This document shows, piece by piece, positions 28,388 through 36,981 of a DNA stretch of 37,107 nt; position 1 is the stretch's first letter; every line of letters starts with the position of its first letter. The notes under the pieces were generated by a model. That model did no database searches and was not told where the DNA came from. It saw only the letters and a program-made list of their open reading frames with translations. The translations under genes were made by a program, and so were the position numbers. Origin of the DNA: Candidatus Bathyarchaeia archaeon (GTDB lineage: Archaea; Thermoproteota; Bathyarchaeia; 40CM-2-53-6; DTGE01); contig JAWBPF010000001.1 of NCBI GenBank assembly GCA_038825355.1, forward strand, positions 2,183 to 39,289, given 5' to 3'.

Positions 28388-28901
28388 ATCTTTTAAGGAT
28401 CTCCTCCTTTAGGAGGCTTTTAAGCTCCTCGGATACCTTGACCGCCACTACTCCCGCCGTTGGTTGACCATAGAATATTAAAGTATCTGGAGGAGCCTGA
28501 ACGGCTACAGCGAGGACTAGGAGGTCTTCTTCGCCGTCCACAATCACGGCGGAGTCCTTCTTCATCAGGGCTTCTCCAACAGCGTTCCATGCGCCTGCCT
28601 CCAGGTAGCCAGGCCTATTAGCCGCCCTGAATATATGCCTGCGGGAGGGCTCGAGAGGATCGATGCAGGGCCTCCTCCCCTCCCTCCAATCTATGATTAT
28701 CAAGTCTACGGCTACGCTGTGCTCCAGGAGGAGCCGGGAGACCCTGTCCCCGACGGAGACCACCCTTGAAGGCTTCCCCTTGTTTATGAGGAGGCGGATC
28801 CTCTCAACGACCTCATCTCCGCTTCCAGGGATGAGCTCTCCTAAAGGCATACTAAGCCTATCCCTTAAATCCTCAGGTAACCTAAGCCTTAAACTCCTCA
28901 A
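28374..28901 (-). CDS. GTP-dependent dephospho-CoA kinase (DUF359 family)
   Basis: VGDRVS, DGEEDLLVLAV and YGQPTAGVV motifs of the archaeal DUF359/TK1697-type family. Overlaps rps27ae convergently by 14 nt. Confidence 0.75.
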   Translation of the reverse strand: MRSLRLRLPEDLRDRLSMPLGELIPGSGDEVVERIRLLINKGKPSRVVSVGDRVSRLLLEHSVAVDLIIIDWREGRRPCIDPLEPSRRHIFRAANRPGYLEAGAWNAVGEALMKKDSAVIVDGEEDLLVLAVAVQAPPDTLIFYGQPTAGVVAVKVSEELKSLLKEEILKRFMVE

Positions 28902-29333
28902 TGCTGACTGGATAAGATAAGTATCAGAGAAGTATTAAAATAATAACATACCATTATAGTATTAATTATTCGTGTACGTCGTCTGTATGAGGGATAGGCT
29001 TTATATGCGGCTGTCATCCCTTATACGGCTTTGATCCATCTCATCCTTATATTCCAGGGTAGGAGGTGGAAGCCTTCTATCCTTGGCTGGTCCTCTAGAT
29101 TCCTTATGAGGTTCAGGCCCCGCTCATCTGGGGACTTATGGATATCCTCCATATCTATGGATCTCGATGGATGGAATGGCTCTGCGGAGGCCTATTCGCC
29201 TTTAAGGCCTCGATCGAGCACCGTGCTGGCTTGGATTGAATACTTTCACTCCTTGGAGGGGACCCCCCCTCCCCCCTAGATTTATGGTTTATACGTATAC
29301 CTGAATTCATGGGTTTCATAGGTTTCACGTTTT

Positions 29334-29367
29334 CGTAGCTGTGTTTTCTTAGCTACGTGTCTTTTTT
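29334..29367 (+). terminator. Hairpin CGUAGCU/AGCUACG (10-nt loop) followed by T6
   Basis: A 7-bp perfect stem at 29334-29357 and TTTTTT at 29362-29367, inside an otherwise unannotated gap. Confidence 0.35.
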
Positions 29368-29721
29368 ATTTGTGGGTTCCACACTTTTATAACTTTGTTA
29401 AATGGCCTCAACGTTGAAGAGTTACGGGCAATTTTAGGGAGGCAGGTGAAACTTTCACCTACCTCTCCCTTTATATACTCCATGGACATGCCTTTTTAAG
29501 CCTTGAATATAGGTATAGGAGCTCGCTGTGGATGCCACCTCGCCTAGATTCTTTAGATATCGGCTTTATTGGATAGTGGAGCTTTAGTGAACGTCTATTT
29601 CTCTAGGGCAACGGAGATCCATTGGGATTCATTCTCCATATTATTGGGGGTTTATTCCGATTGGTTTGATGCTGCTGTTTTAGGTTTTTATTCTTGTAGG
29701 CTCTGGGGATGGTGAGAAAAG

Positions 29722-29729
29722 CTTTATAT
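29722..29729 (+). promoter_or_regulatory. TATA-like box CTTTATAT upstream of tatA
   Basis: It lies 41 nt upstream of the tatA ATG. GGAGGGTG at 29754-29761 sits between the box and the start. Confidence 0.4.
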
Positions 29730-29769
29730 CCTTGGAGTCTGCTCGATAAGCTTGGAGGGTGTATTGTAG

Positions 29770-30165
29770 ATGGCGTTTCTGGGACCGTGGGAGATTGCCC
29801 TGATAATCATTGTAATGCTAATACTCTTCGGGCCTAGGAAGCTTCCGGAGCTCGCCCAGTCGCTGGGTAAGGCTGTTAGGGAGTATAGAAAGGCTACGAG
29901 CCTCATCGAGGAGCTTGCTGAGGAGCCTGTAAAGACTATATCTAAGCCCTTCACGGTTGAGGGATCTCCACCTAAGCCTAGGACTGGGGCGGAGGCCGCT
30001 AAGGAGTCGGCATCGGAAGCCGCTGGGGAGAGGAGCCCTGAAGAAGCCTTGATGGAGACCGCTAAGAAGCTGGGAATAGACACTGAGGGGAAGAACCCGG
30101 AGCAAATAGCCGATGAGATATTGAAGCTTTATAAGGCATCCCCTAAAGCAGAGCAGAAACCCTGA
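29770..30165 (+). CDS. tatA: Twin-arginine translocase subunit TatA/E
   Basis: N-terminal TM helix followed by FGPRKLPEL and an amphipathic helix. Long charged C-terminal tail. Confidence 0.88.
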   Translation: MAFLGPWEIALIIIVMLILFGPRKLPELAQSLGKAVREYRKATSLIEELAEEPVKTISKPFTVEGSPPKPRTGAEAAKESASEAAGERSPEEALMETAKKLGIDTEGKNPEQIADEILKLYKASPKAEQKP

Positions 30166-30375
30166 GATAAACCATCCTATAAGCGATCCGGCGGCCATTG
30201 GATGGTCGACGGGTTCCCCTAATCCTTAATAACTATTTAGCCTCCATCTTATTAAATCAAATCCATTGTAAAATTGCCTGATATAGTCGGGTAGATGATT
30301 GGCGGGAGACTCGGAAGCTTGGTCTTAAAGAGGACTAGAAGATACGCGTCTACAAACCGTACAGACAGGGAGAAG

Positions 30376-31182
30376 ATGATGACCTTCCTAGAGCATACCG
30401 CCGAGCTTTTATCTAGGCTACGGACAATATTGATCGCGGTTATAGCCTCAGGCTTCTTCGTGGCCTTCTGGCCTCTAGATATAAGGAAGCTCCTCGCCAC
30501 AGCATTAAATCCTTTCAAATACTCCCTCGAGTATACCCCCATAGCCTCGGTGATCATGAAGCGTATGGCCGGGGATCTCCTGCCTAAAGGGGCCTCCCTT
30601 ATCGCTGGAGGACTGCTGGACACCGCATACGCATACCTCATGATCTCCATGCTCATAGGAGTAGTATTAAGTTCCCCGATAATCGCCTATGAGCTTTACA
30701 AGTTCTTCAATCCAGCCCTCTACCCCCATGAACGCAGATACGCCACCTATATCATAGGGTCCTTCGTCCTATTATTCTCCTTCGGGGTCTTCCTAGCTTA
30801 TAGGGTGATCCTCCCCATCACGTTTAGGATCCTGATGTGGTTCATCGAGAGCGCTGCAGCCCTCGCCCTGATAAACCTGAGGGACTTCATAAACATGGTC
30901 ATCTCACTAATGGTTGGAGTAGGCCTACTATATACCGCACCTGTATTCCTCGTGCTCCTAGTGGATAGGGGTATACTATCCTCCGAGCATCTATCCAAGA
31001 ACAGGAAGATGGTCTACGCCGCATTCATAATATTAACAGCAGTAGTCACCCCAGATCCCACGATAGTGAGCGACGTAATACTCCTCATACCATTCCTCGC
31101 CATATATGAAGGCACAGTCCTAGTCAGTAAGAGGGTAGAGAAGAACAGGATAGAAAGGGAGAGACTAGGAGAGACGGAGTAG
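30376..31182 (+). CDS. tatC: Twin-arginine translocase subunit TatC
   Basis: MTFLEHTAELLSRL N-terminus and six hydrophobic segments. I chose the ATG at 30376. The ORF track extends to 30295. Confidence 0.9.
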   Translation: MMTFLEHTAELLSRLRTILIAVIASGFFVAFWPLDIRKLLATALNPFKYSLEYTPIASVIMKRMAGDLLPKGASLIAGGLLDTAYAYLMISMLIGVVLSSPIIAYELYKFFNPALYPHERRYATYIIGSFVLLFSFGVFLAYRVILPITFRILMWFIESAAALALINLRDFINMVISLMVGVGLLYTAPVFLVLLVDRGILSSEHLSKNRKMVYAAFIILTAVVTPDPTIVSDVILLIPFLAIYEGTVLVSKRVEKNRIERERLGETE

Positions 31183-31230
31183 AAGGGATCGACTCTCAAA
31201 GAGAGAAATGGATGAGATGTAGGGTCCCCT

Positions 31231-32160
31231 ATGGCCTCAAGCATCATGTACATCATAGATGAGGCTGAGGAAGCCACTCATGAAGAGTATACGGAGCTGA
31301 TCTCCAGGGTTCGCCGTGTTTTAAAGGCTGAGAAGATGGGCCTCTCCAACTCATATAGGGTTATAGGAGGACTGGCGGTTCTACCCCCTAAGGGAAAGGC
31401 CCTCGTGATAGGCGATATACATGGAGACTTGGAGAGCCTAAGGATTATACTAGGGGATTACTCCGATGGGGAGCGGCTGATCTTTCTAGGAGACTACGGC
31501 GACCGGGGGGAGTACTCCCCGGAAGTATGGTATACAGTGTTGAGGTTGAAGCTGGTTAACCCAGACCTGGTCCTCCTACTCAGGGGCAACCATGAGGGCC
31601 CACCCGATTTAACACCGTTCCCCCACGATCTCCCCCTATATTTCAGGAATAGGTTAGGCTCCGACAAGGGATCCCAACTATATGAGATGGTTAAAGGCTT
31701 ATTCCCCCTCCTATGCCACGCCGTCCTAGTAGAGGATAAATACCTAATGGTTCACGGAGGCCTCCCAAGCAGGGCCCATGCCTTAGAGGAGATAGCTGAA
31801 GCAGACGCATTACATCCGTCAGCTCCTCATCTAGAGGAGATCCTCTGGAGCGACCCTAGAGACCATATAAGTGGAACAGCGCCTTCTCCTAGGGGAGCCG
31901 GAAAACTCTTCGGAGAAGATGTGACCACCCGCATACTCGGAATCGTAAAGGCTAAGACTGTTATAAGAGGGCATGAACCATGCCCCCTCGGATTCGAAAC
32001 CCTGCATCACGGTAAAATATTCACGGTATTCTCGAGGATGGGTCCACCATACTATAATGAAGAGGCAGCCTACCTCCCCTTAAACTTGGAGGACCCACCC
32101 CTAGACGGCTACGACCTCTCTGAAGAGGCCGTAGCCTTCACAAGACAACAAGGAGAGTAG
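31231..32160 (+). CDS. PPP-family Ser/Thr protein phosphatase / metallophosphoesterase
   Basis: GDIHGD, GDYGDRG and RGNHE motifs. Confidence 0.85.
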   Translation: MASSIMYIIDEAEEATHEEYTELISRVRRVLKAEKMGLSNSYRVIGGLAVLPPKGKALVIGDIHGDLESLRIILGDYSDGERLIFLGDYGDRGEYSPEVWYTVLRLKLVNPDLVLLLRGNHEGPPDLTPFPHDLPLYFRNRLGSDKGSQLYEMVKGLFPLLCHAVLVEDKYLMVHGGLPSRAHALEEIAEADALHPSAPHLEEILWSDPRDHISGTAPSPRGAGKLFGEDVTTRILGIVKAKTVIRGHEPCPLGFETLHHGKIFTVFSRMGPPYYNEEAAYLPLNLEDPPLDGYDLSEEAVAFTRQQGE

Positions 32161-32243
32161 ACGACGATTAAACATGGAGGGATACCTTAACCTCGAGGAT
32201 TAAGAGAGTAAAATTTACAAGGAAGGCTTATAATGGAATCCTA

Positions 32244-33044
32244 ATGGATTTGACGCTGAAAATTATTTGCACTCCTAGCCTAAGGTCCTCCCTTAGGAGG
32301 CTTGTAGAATATTTGGAAGGAGACTTCTTCGACAGGCTCCTCCTCCCATTCCCTGAGGCCCTCAACCCCCTCCTCATAAAATTCATTAATGGAGAAGAAT
32401 CATTCGATGAGCTCCTCGAGGAGGCTTCCGGGAAGGGATGCATCCTAGAGCCTACGGGATACTTCAAATACCTATATGAGCCTCTCATTAGGGCGATGCC
32501 GATCCTGAAGAGGCGCCTCCCAAGACTGGACATTACATGCTACAGGGATTCAGAGAGCATCGCGAAGATGAATGAACTAGCAGTTCATAAGGCGTCCTTA
32601 ACGCTTTACACAGCCATCAACGGCAAAGTTAAGATTCGGGAATGGAGGGGCCTCTTCGAAGAGGAGCTTAAATCAGATACGGCATCCATCCATGAGGCAG
32701 TGAATAACATAATCAGATCATATAACCCCTTTTCACATGTTATATGTGCGGCGCACCTTGAGGGCCGTCACCTATATGAGCGGCTTAGGGGGAGGATTCG
32801 TTCTATAAGTCTTAAATATATGGGTCTACCGTACTTCTACACTCCTTTAGAGGCGTTGAAACGTTTGATCTCCATCAAAGGCCTGTCAGGAGTCACCGAC
32901 GAGGCTATAGAGGAGGGAGTTAAACTCCATGTAGGCTATGTTAGAGATTACGTGATACCCTCAAAGGAGCTCGACATGGGATACTTGAGATGGCTGATCA
33001 AAAACTTCAAGATCGGAGACCTCCACGCCAAGCATATCGTATAA
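32244..33044 (+). CDS. Hypothetical protein (266 aa, no recognised motif)
   Basis: Long clean ORF with protein-like composition and no competing ORF apart from a short antisense shadow. Confidence 0.55.
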   Translation: MDLTLKIICTPSLRSSLRRLVEYLEGDFFDRLLLPFPEALNPLLIKFINGEESFDELLEEASGKGCILEPTGYFKYLYEPLIRAMPILKRRLPRLDITCYRDSESIAKMNELAVHKASLTLYTAINGKVKIREWRGLFEEELKSDTASIHEAVNNIIRSYNPFSHVICAAHLEGRHLYERLRGRIRSISLKYMGLPYFYTPLEALKRLISIKGLSGVTDEAIEEGVKLHVGYVRDYVIPSKELDMGYLRWLIKNFKIGDLHAKHIV

Positions 33045-33316
33045 GCAAGTCTATACGATCCCCATGTGACAGGATTATATTTTTCCATAAATCCTGAAAC
33101 AAACCTATTACATGACGATATAATAAAATAATATGTATAATTGAAAGAAGATCGGATAGGGTAGCTTCTGGAATGTCGCTTATTCAAGTCGAGGGTTATG
33201 GTTAAACGGCGCCTTCTAAAACCCGAGGGCTTTCCTAAAGGGTTAATAAATAATTTCTCGTTGACAATGTAGGGTGAGGGATCAATCCTCCTGGATGTGG
33301 ATAATCGTTGCCGGGG

Positions 33317-33922
33317 ATGTCTGAAGGACTTGTAGAGCCCCTTGACGGCGTGGTGGCGAGGTATATATGCATCCCGGTATACGCTCATCTAGATAATGTA
33401 TTCTCCAGCTCCAGGCTGGGCTTAAACCATTTATCGACGGCAGCCATTTTTTCAGCCTTCATATCAGGGTTAATGTCCCATATGGGGGAACCCATCATGG
33501 CTGGAATCATGGCCCTTGTAACCTTGTTTATGAGCTGGCTGGGTTGGAAGCAGGCTGAAAGGCTTGGGGCTTCTAGGCTTGGGATAATCATGGGATCAAC
33601 ACTAGACCGCATAGGTGAAACCCTCATAATCTCAGGGATGGTTACATCTCCCCTAGTAACGGGTGAATCCCTTAGGCTGATCGGAGTCTTATCCTTAGCT
33701 GGATCCCTAACCGTAAGCTACACCGCTGTGAGGAGCGGTAGGGAATATAAGGGCCTCGTCTGGAGGGGGTTCTCAGCCTACGGTGCTACTAGGGATGTGA
33801 GATTAACGGTCATAGCCTCCTCGAGCATCCTTAACGTGCCTTCTCTAGGTTTAGCCTTCTTGGCCGTGCTCACATTGACCGTGGTTGTGAAACGTCTCCT
33901 AGACCTACTCCCCTTAGGGTAA
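33317..33922 (+). CDS. CDP-alcohol phosphatidyltransferase-like membrane protein with an atypical signature
   Basis: Polytopic hydrophobic protein. EPLDGVVAR lies near the N-terminus and GSTLDRIGE about 85 residues later. The two halves of the D-x2-DG-x2-AR...G-x3-D-x3-D signature are not contiguous. ATG at 33317; the ORF track has a TTG at 33308. Confidence 0.45.
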   Translation: MSEGLVEPLDGVVARYICIPVYAHLDNVFSSSRLGLNHLSTAAIFSAFISGLMSHMGEPIMAGIMALVTLFMSWLGWKQAERLGASRLGIIMGSTLDRIGETLIISGMVTSPLVTGESLRLIGVLSLAGSLTVSYTAVRSGREYKGLVWRGFSAYGATRDVRLTVIASSSILNVPSLGLAFLAVLTLTVVVKRLLDLLPLG

Positions 33923-34044
33923 CATTTCTATCTATGCCTTGGCCAAGGCCGCCTAAAAGCAGCCACCACCCTAGAAGGAGTTCAAATTTATAAGTATAAG
34001 AGGGGTTACTTAAACGATGTGAAAAAGGATTGAAACCCCCATGC

Positions 34045-34410
34045 ATGATAGTAGCGGCTACTATACTCCCCGCGCTCAGGGTTGAAGTGGCTCAACGTCT
34101 CATAAAGGAGCATAAGCTGAAGCCCATAGAGGCTGCCCAGAAAATGGACATCACACCTGCAGCAGTAACCCAGTACATGAAGAAGAGCAGGGGAAAAGAG
34201 AATATAGCAGGGCTCCTAAAGGATGGAGACATCCAAGCCTCACTATCGAGCCTAGCCTCAAAGCTTGCGGGAGATGCTCCGCCGGATGACATCCTAGAGG
34301 CTCTATGTAGTCTATGCGAGGCTATTAGGAGTAGGGGGCTTCTATGCCATCAATGTAAGCCTGCATCAGAGATGAAGATGCTTAAAGGCTGTACCTTCTG
34401 TACAGGCTAG
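34045..34410 (+). CDS. Small HTH transcriptional regulator with a C-terminal Cys-rich region
   Basis: IEAAQKMDITPAAVTQYMKKSRG is helix-turn-helix-like. The C-terminus has CSLC...CHQC...CTFC. ATG at 34045; the ORF track has a TTG at 34030. Confidence 0.6.
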   Translation: MIVAATILPALRVEVAQRLIKEHKLKPIEAAQKMDITPAAVTQYMKKSRGKENIAGLLKDGDIQASLSSLASKLAGDAPPDDILEALCSLCEAIRSRGLLCHQCKPASEMKMLKGCTFCTG

Positions 34411-34495
34411 ATCGACCATATAAAACAAATTATATATATTACCGCCATCTACCTAACCATATTATTTCTTATCCCGTGAGAGCTCAGGCCGTATG

Positions 34496-35110
34496 CTAGG
34501 CCTCCTTCAGCCTAGGCATCTCCTCAACGATCTTAGATTTAACTTCCTCGAAATGGGATGGGAGATCTTGGGGTCTTAAATCGTTTCGTAGATACTGGGA
34601 GAATCGCGACTCGTACATCTCAGGTGTTTCAGAGAGCTGTTCAGCGTAATTAGCTATATGCTCTCCTCTGATCCTCTCGAGGCTCGGAAGCACCTCATCC
34701 CTGTGGGGTATATCTAAACCTGCATCCAAGCCGCCTTTCAACGCCGCAAATACTTTAGCTCCTCGAGTAGCGCTTCTAAGCCCTATATCCAGCATGGCCT
34801 CGGAGACCCCTAGCTTGAGGGCTCTGACCCCTGCGAGGAAGCCGGTTAGATAAGCTGCAGAGATGTTCCCGCAGCCCCCCCTCCACCCGTACTTGGAGGT
34901 TAGCTCCCTCGAATGGGCTGAGGCTAAGACGTTGTCCCCCCTGATCCCAGCCTCCACAACCTGCACAATCGTATATTTATTGGAGGAGCGGACAACGAAT
35001 CTAGGCTTCCCGGAGAGGATAAGCCTCATACGCCTCCCGTAATAGGTCTTCCCCTCTCTGCGTCTACGATAGGGAAGATTGTATCTGGAACCCTTAGCCA
35101 AACTTTTCAT
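34496..35110 (-). CDS. rpl18: 50S ribosomal protein L18 (uL18)
   Basis: [29 protein letters not shown] and LDIGL motifs. Confidence 0.95.
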   Translation of the reverse strand: MKSLAKGSRYNLPYRRRREGKTYYGRRMRLILSGKPRFVVRSSNKYTIVQVVEAGIRGDNVLASAHSRELTSKYGWRGGCGNISAAYLTGFLAGVRALKLGVSEAMLDIGLRSATRGAKVFAALKGGLDAGLDIPHRDEVLPSLERIRGEHIANYAEQLSETPEMYESRFSQYLRNDLRPQDLPSHFEEVKSKIVEEMPRLKEA

Positions 35111-35141
35111 CCCCTGACTAGGGCTGATGCCCCATAGCCTC

Positions 35142-35534
35142 CTAATAGATGTAAGCTAGGAGTCTGCCCCCCATACGGAGATCACTAGCCTCCCTATTCG
35201 AGATGATGCCCTTAGGCGTGGTGAGGATCAATATGCCTACATCCCTGGATGGAAGGTACCTCTTCTCCCAGTCCTCGAGGTCCTCAACCTTTACAGGATA
35301 ATGTGGTCTTATGGCGCCACATCTATTTATCCTCCCGAGGAGTTGGACTCTAAACTTGCCCGCTCTTCCATCATCTATGAATTCGAACTCTCCTATGTAG
35401 CCGTTCTTCTGCATTACCCTGAGCACTAGCCCTATAAGCTTTGATGCAGGCCATATTATACATTCCCTTTTACGCCTCTCCTCATGGTTGTAGATCGTTG
35501 ATAAGGCGTTGGAAAGCGGGTTCATACTCGTCAA
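35142..35534 (-). CDS. rps8: 30S ribosomal protein S8 (uS8)
   Basis: [31 protein letters not shown] and GGRLLAYIY motifs. Confidence 0.95.
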   Translation of the reverse strand: MTSMNPLSNALSTIYNHEERRKRECIIWPASKLIGLVLRVMQKNGYIGEFEFIDDGRAGKFRVQLLGRINRCGAIRPHYPVKVEDLEDWEKRYLPSRDVGILILTTPKGIISNREASDLRMGGRLLAYIY

Positions 35535-35545
35535 GGCACGTCCCC

Positions 35546-36310
35546 CTATGATGCTATGACTTGTATGGGAAGCGTAATTTCCGGCTTCTCCACCCCTATG
35601 ACGAACGTGTACTCCATTATGGTCTGGAACACATATCCATCCTTTGCCTCTATAGAGGCTGAGGGCGGCCTAGTAGCAGTCCCCTTGATCACTCTCTTTA
35701 TCCTTCCAACCTTGCCTAGGTTTGCTCCACCAGTGATTAAGACGTAGCAGCCTTCACTGAATTTTAGATGAGATAATAGGTCTTGGCTGGGTAGGGAGAT
35801 CTTAAGGCTATCCATGACCTTATAGATGTCCTCCACGGGTTTAGATGGATCGTTAACATTTACGAGTAGGGATCTCCCATCATGAAGACTAAGCTGGACA
35901 TGCCCCCCCTTCACAGTGGTCTTCCCCTCGACTCTGCAGAGCTTATATATGGCTTCCTCCCTCGGGATCTCTATTAGGCTTAGCCCCTTCCCTTCAATGG
36001 GCAGGATTCTATAGGTCTTATCCAGATCAGCGATCTCAACAACATCCATGAGCCCTACAGGATACCTATAATCCCTCCTCACCTTGCCATCCACCCTAAT
36101 CTTACCCTGAGATACGATGGTTCTAGCCTCCCTGCCGGTCTTAGCGTAGCCCAGTAAATCTCTGACTATCAATAGAAGTGGTATACACATATCTCTTGGA
36201 TGGGGCCCAGGGCTAGGCTTTACAACCCATTTCGCCACCTTCACGTGGATAGGCCAGAACCCTGGAGATGGAAGCCTCTTAAGATGCTTGGATTCCCCTT
36301 TTCTACCCAA
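35546..36310 (-). CDS. rps4e: 30S ribosomal protein S4e
   Basis: [32 protein letters not shown] and KLCRVEGK motifs. TTG start 1 nt after the rpl24 stop. Confidence 0.95.
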   Translation of the reverse strand: MGRKGESKHLKRLPSPGFWPIHVKVAKWVVKPSPGPHPRDMCIPLLLIVRDLLGYAKTGREARTIVSQGKIRVDGKVRRDYRYPVGLMDVVEIADLDKTYRILPIEGKGLSLIEIPREEAIYKLCRVEGKTTVKGGHVQLSLHDGRSLLVNVNDPSKPVEDIYKVMDSLKISLPSQDLLSHLKFSEGCYVLITGGANLGKVGRIKRVIKGTATRPPSASIEAKDGYVFQTIMEYTFVIGVEKPEITLPIQVIAS

Positions 36311-36311
36311 A

Positions 36312-36686
36312 TTAAGCTACTCCCTCAGCCTTAACCCTTTCTAGGGCTTTAACCCTCCATTTATCGTCAAGGTTTAATCCCATTATCATTAAATTGGATG
36401 GATGAATTGACACCTTTACGCTGTCCCCTGAGGCCTTCTCTCTAGTAACTCCATCTATATAAACCCTATAGGAGATCCTATCCACCTCTGAGACCTTACC
36501 TTCTATCCCGGAGAAGTCCCCCCTCATAATCTTAACCGTGTCCCCAACCCTTACGGGGAAAGATCTCCTCCCATACTTCTCCCTAAGCTCAGGGGAAAGG
36601 TTTGCAGCCATGATCCTAGCTCTACGATGCATGGGAGCCCGATAAAGCATCTTCCTCTGCTTAGAGGGTTTTTTAGACTTCACCAT
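36312..36686 (-). CDS. rpl24: 50S ribosomal protein L24 (uL24)
   Basis: SKQRKMLYRAPMHRR, VRVGDTVKIMRGDFSGIEGKV and IHPSNL motifs. The ATG at 36686 is preceded by GAGGTGATA. The ORF track extends to 36725. Confidence 0.93.
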   Translation of the reverse strand: MVKSKKPSKQRKMLYRAPMHRRARIMAANLSPELREKYGRRSFPVRVGDTVKIMRGDFSGIEGKVSEVDRISYRVYIDGVTREKASGDSVKVSIHPSNLMIMGLNLDDKWRVKALERVKAEGVA

Positions 36687-36711
36687 TATCACCTCTGCTT
36701 TAGCTCCAATC

Positions 36712-36981
36712 TCATAGAATTCCAAGTTTAGCCGCCAGGTCAGCTGCTTTATATTCCGATGAGAGCTTAACGTAGGCCTTCTTCCTTCCCTCAGGGGTTA
36801 TACAGATGTTAACCTTGTCAACCTCCACCTCGTACAACTCTTCTACAGCCTTAGCTACATCTCTCCTTGAAGCCTTAATGTCTACGATGAATACGAGCTT
36901 GTTCTCAGATTCTATAAGCCTCACAGCATCTTCGGTTACCATTGGATGCGATATGGTCTTTAATGGATCTATCCTAGGCAA
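36712..36981 (-). CDS. rpl23: 50S ribosomal protein L23 (uL23)
   Basis: NKLVFIVDIKASRRDVAKAVEELYEVEVDKVN...GRKKAYVKL. TTG start overlapping the rpl4 stop. Confidence 0.92.
   Translation of the reverse strand: MPRIDPLKTISHPMVTEDAVRLIESENKLVFIVDIKASRRDVAKAVEELYEVEVDKVNICITPEGRKKAYVKLSSEYKAADLAAKLGIL

Noticed and set aside
29031-29279. 82-aa + strand ORF as a real protein gene
   Set aside because: The composition (W/R/S/P-rich, ending in PPPP from a poly-C tract) is unlike the other proteins here, and it has a TTG start. It is kept only as a caveat within the 28902-29769 finding, because it starts exactly at the predicted leaderless distance from a TATA-like box.
33045-33316. Frameshifted N-terminal exon of the CDP-alcohol-transferase-like gene (KRRLLKPEGFPKGLINNFSLTM*GEGSILLDVDNR in other frames)
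   Set aside because: The downstream ORF already contains a region resembling the family's usual N-terminal TM1/TM2. The upstream similarity is too vague and is interrupted by stops.
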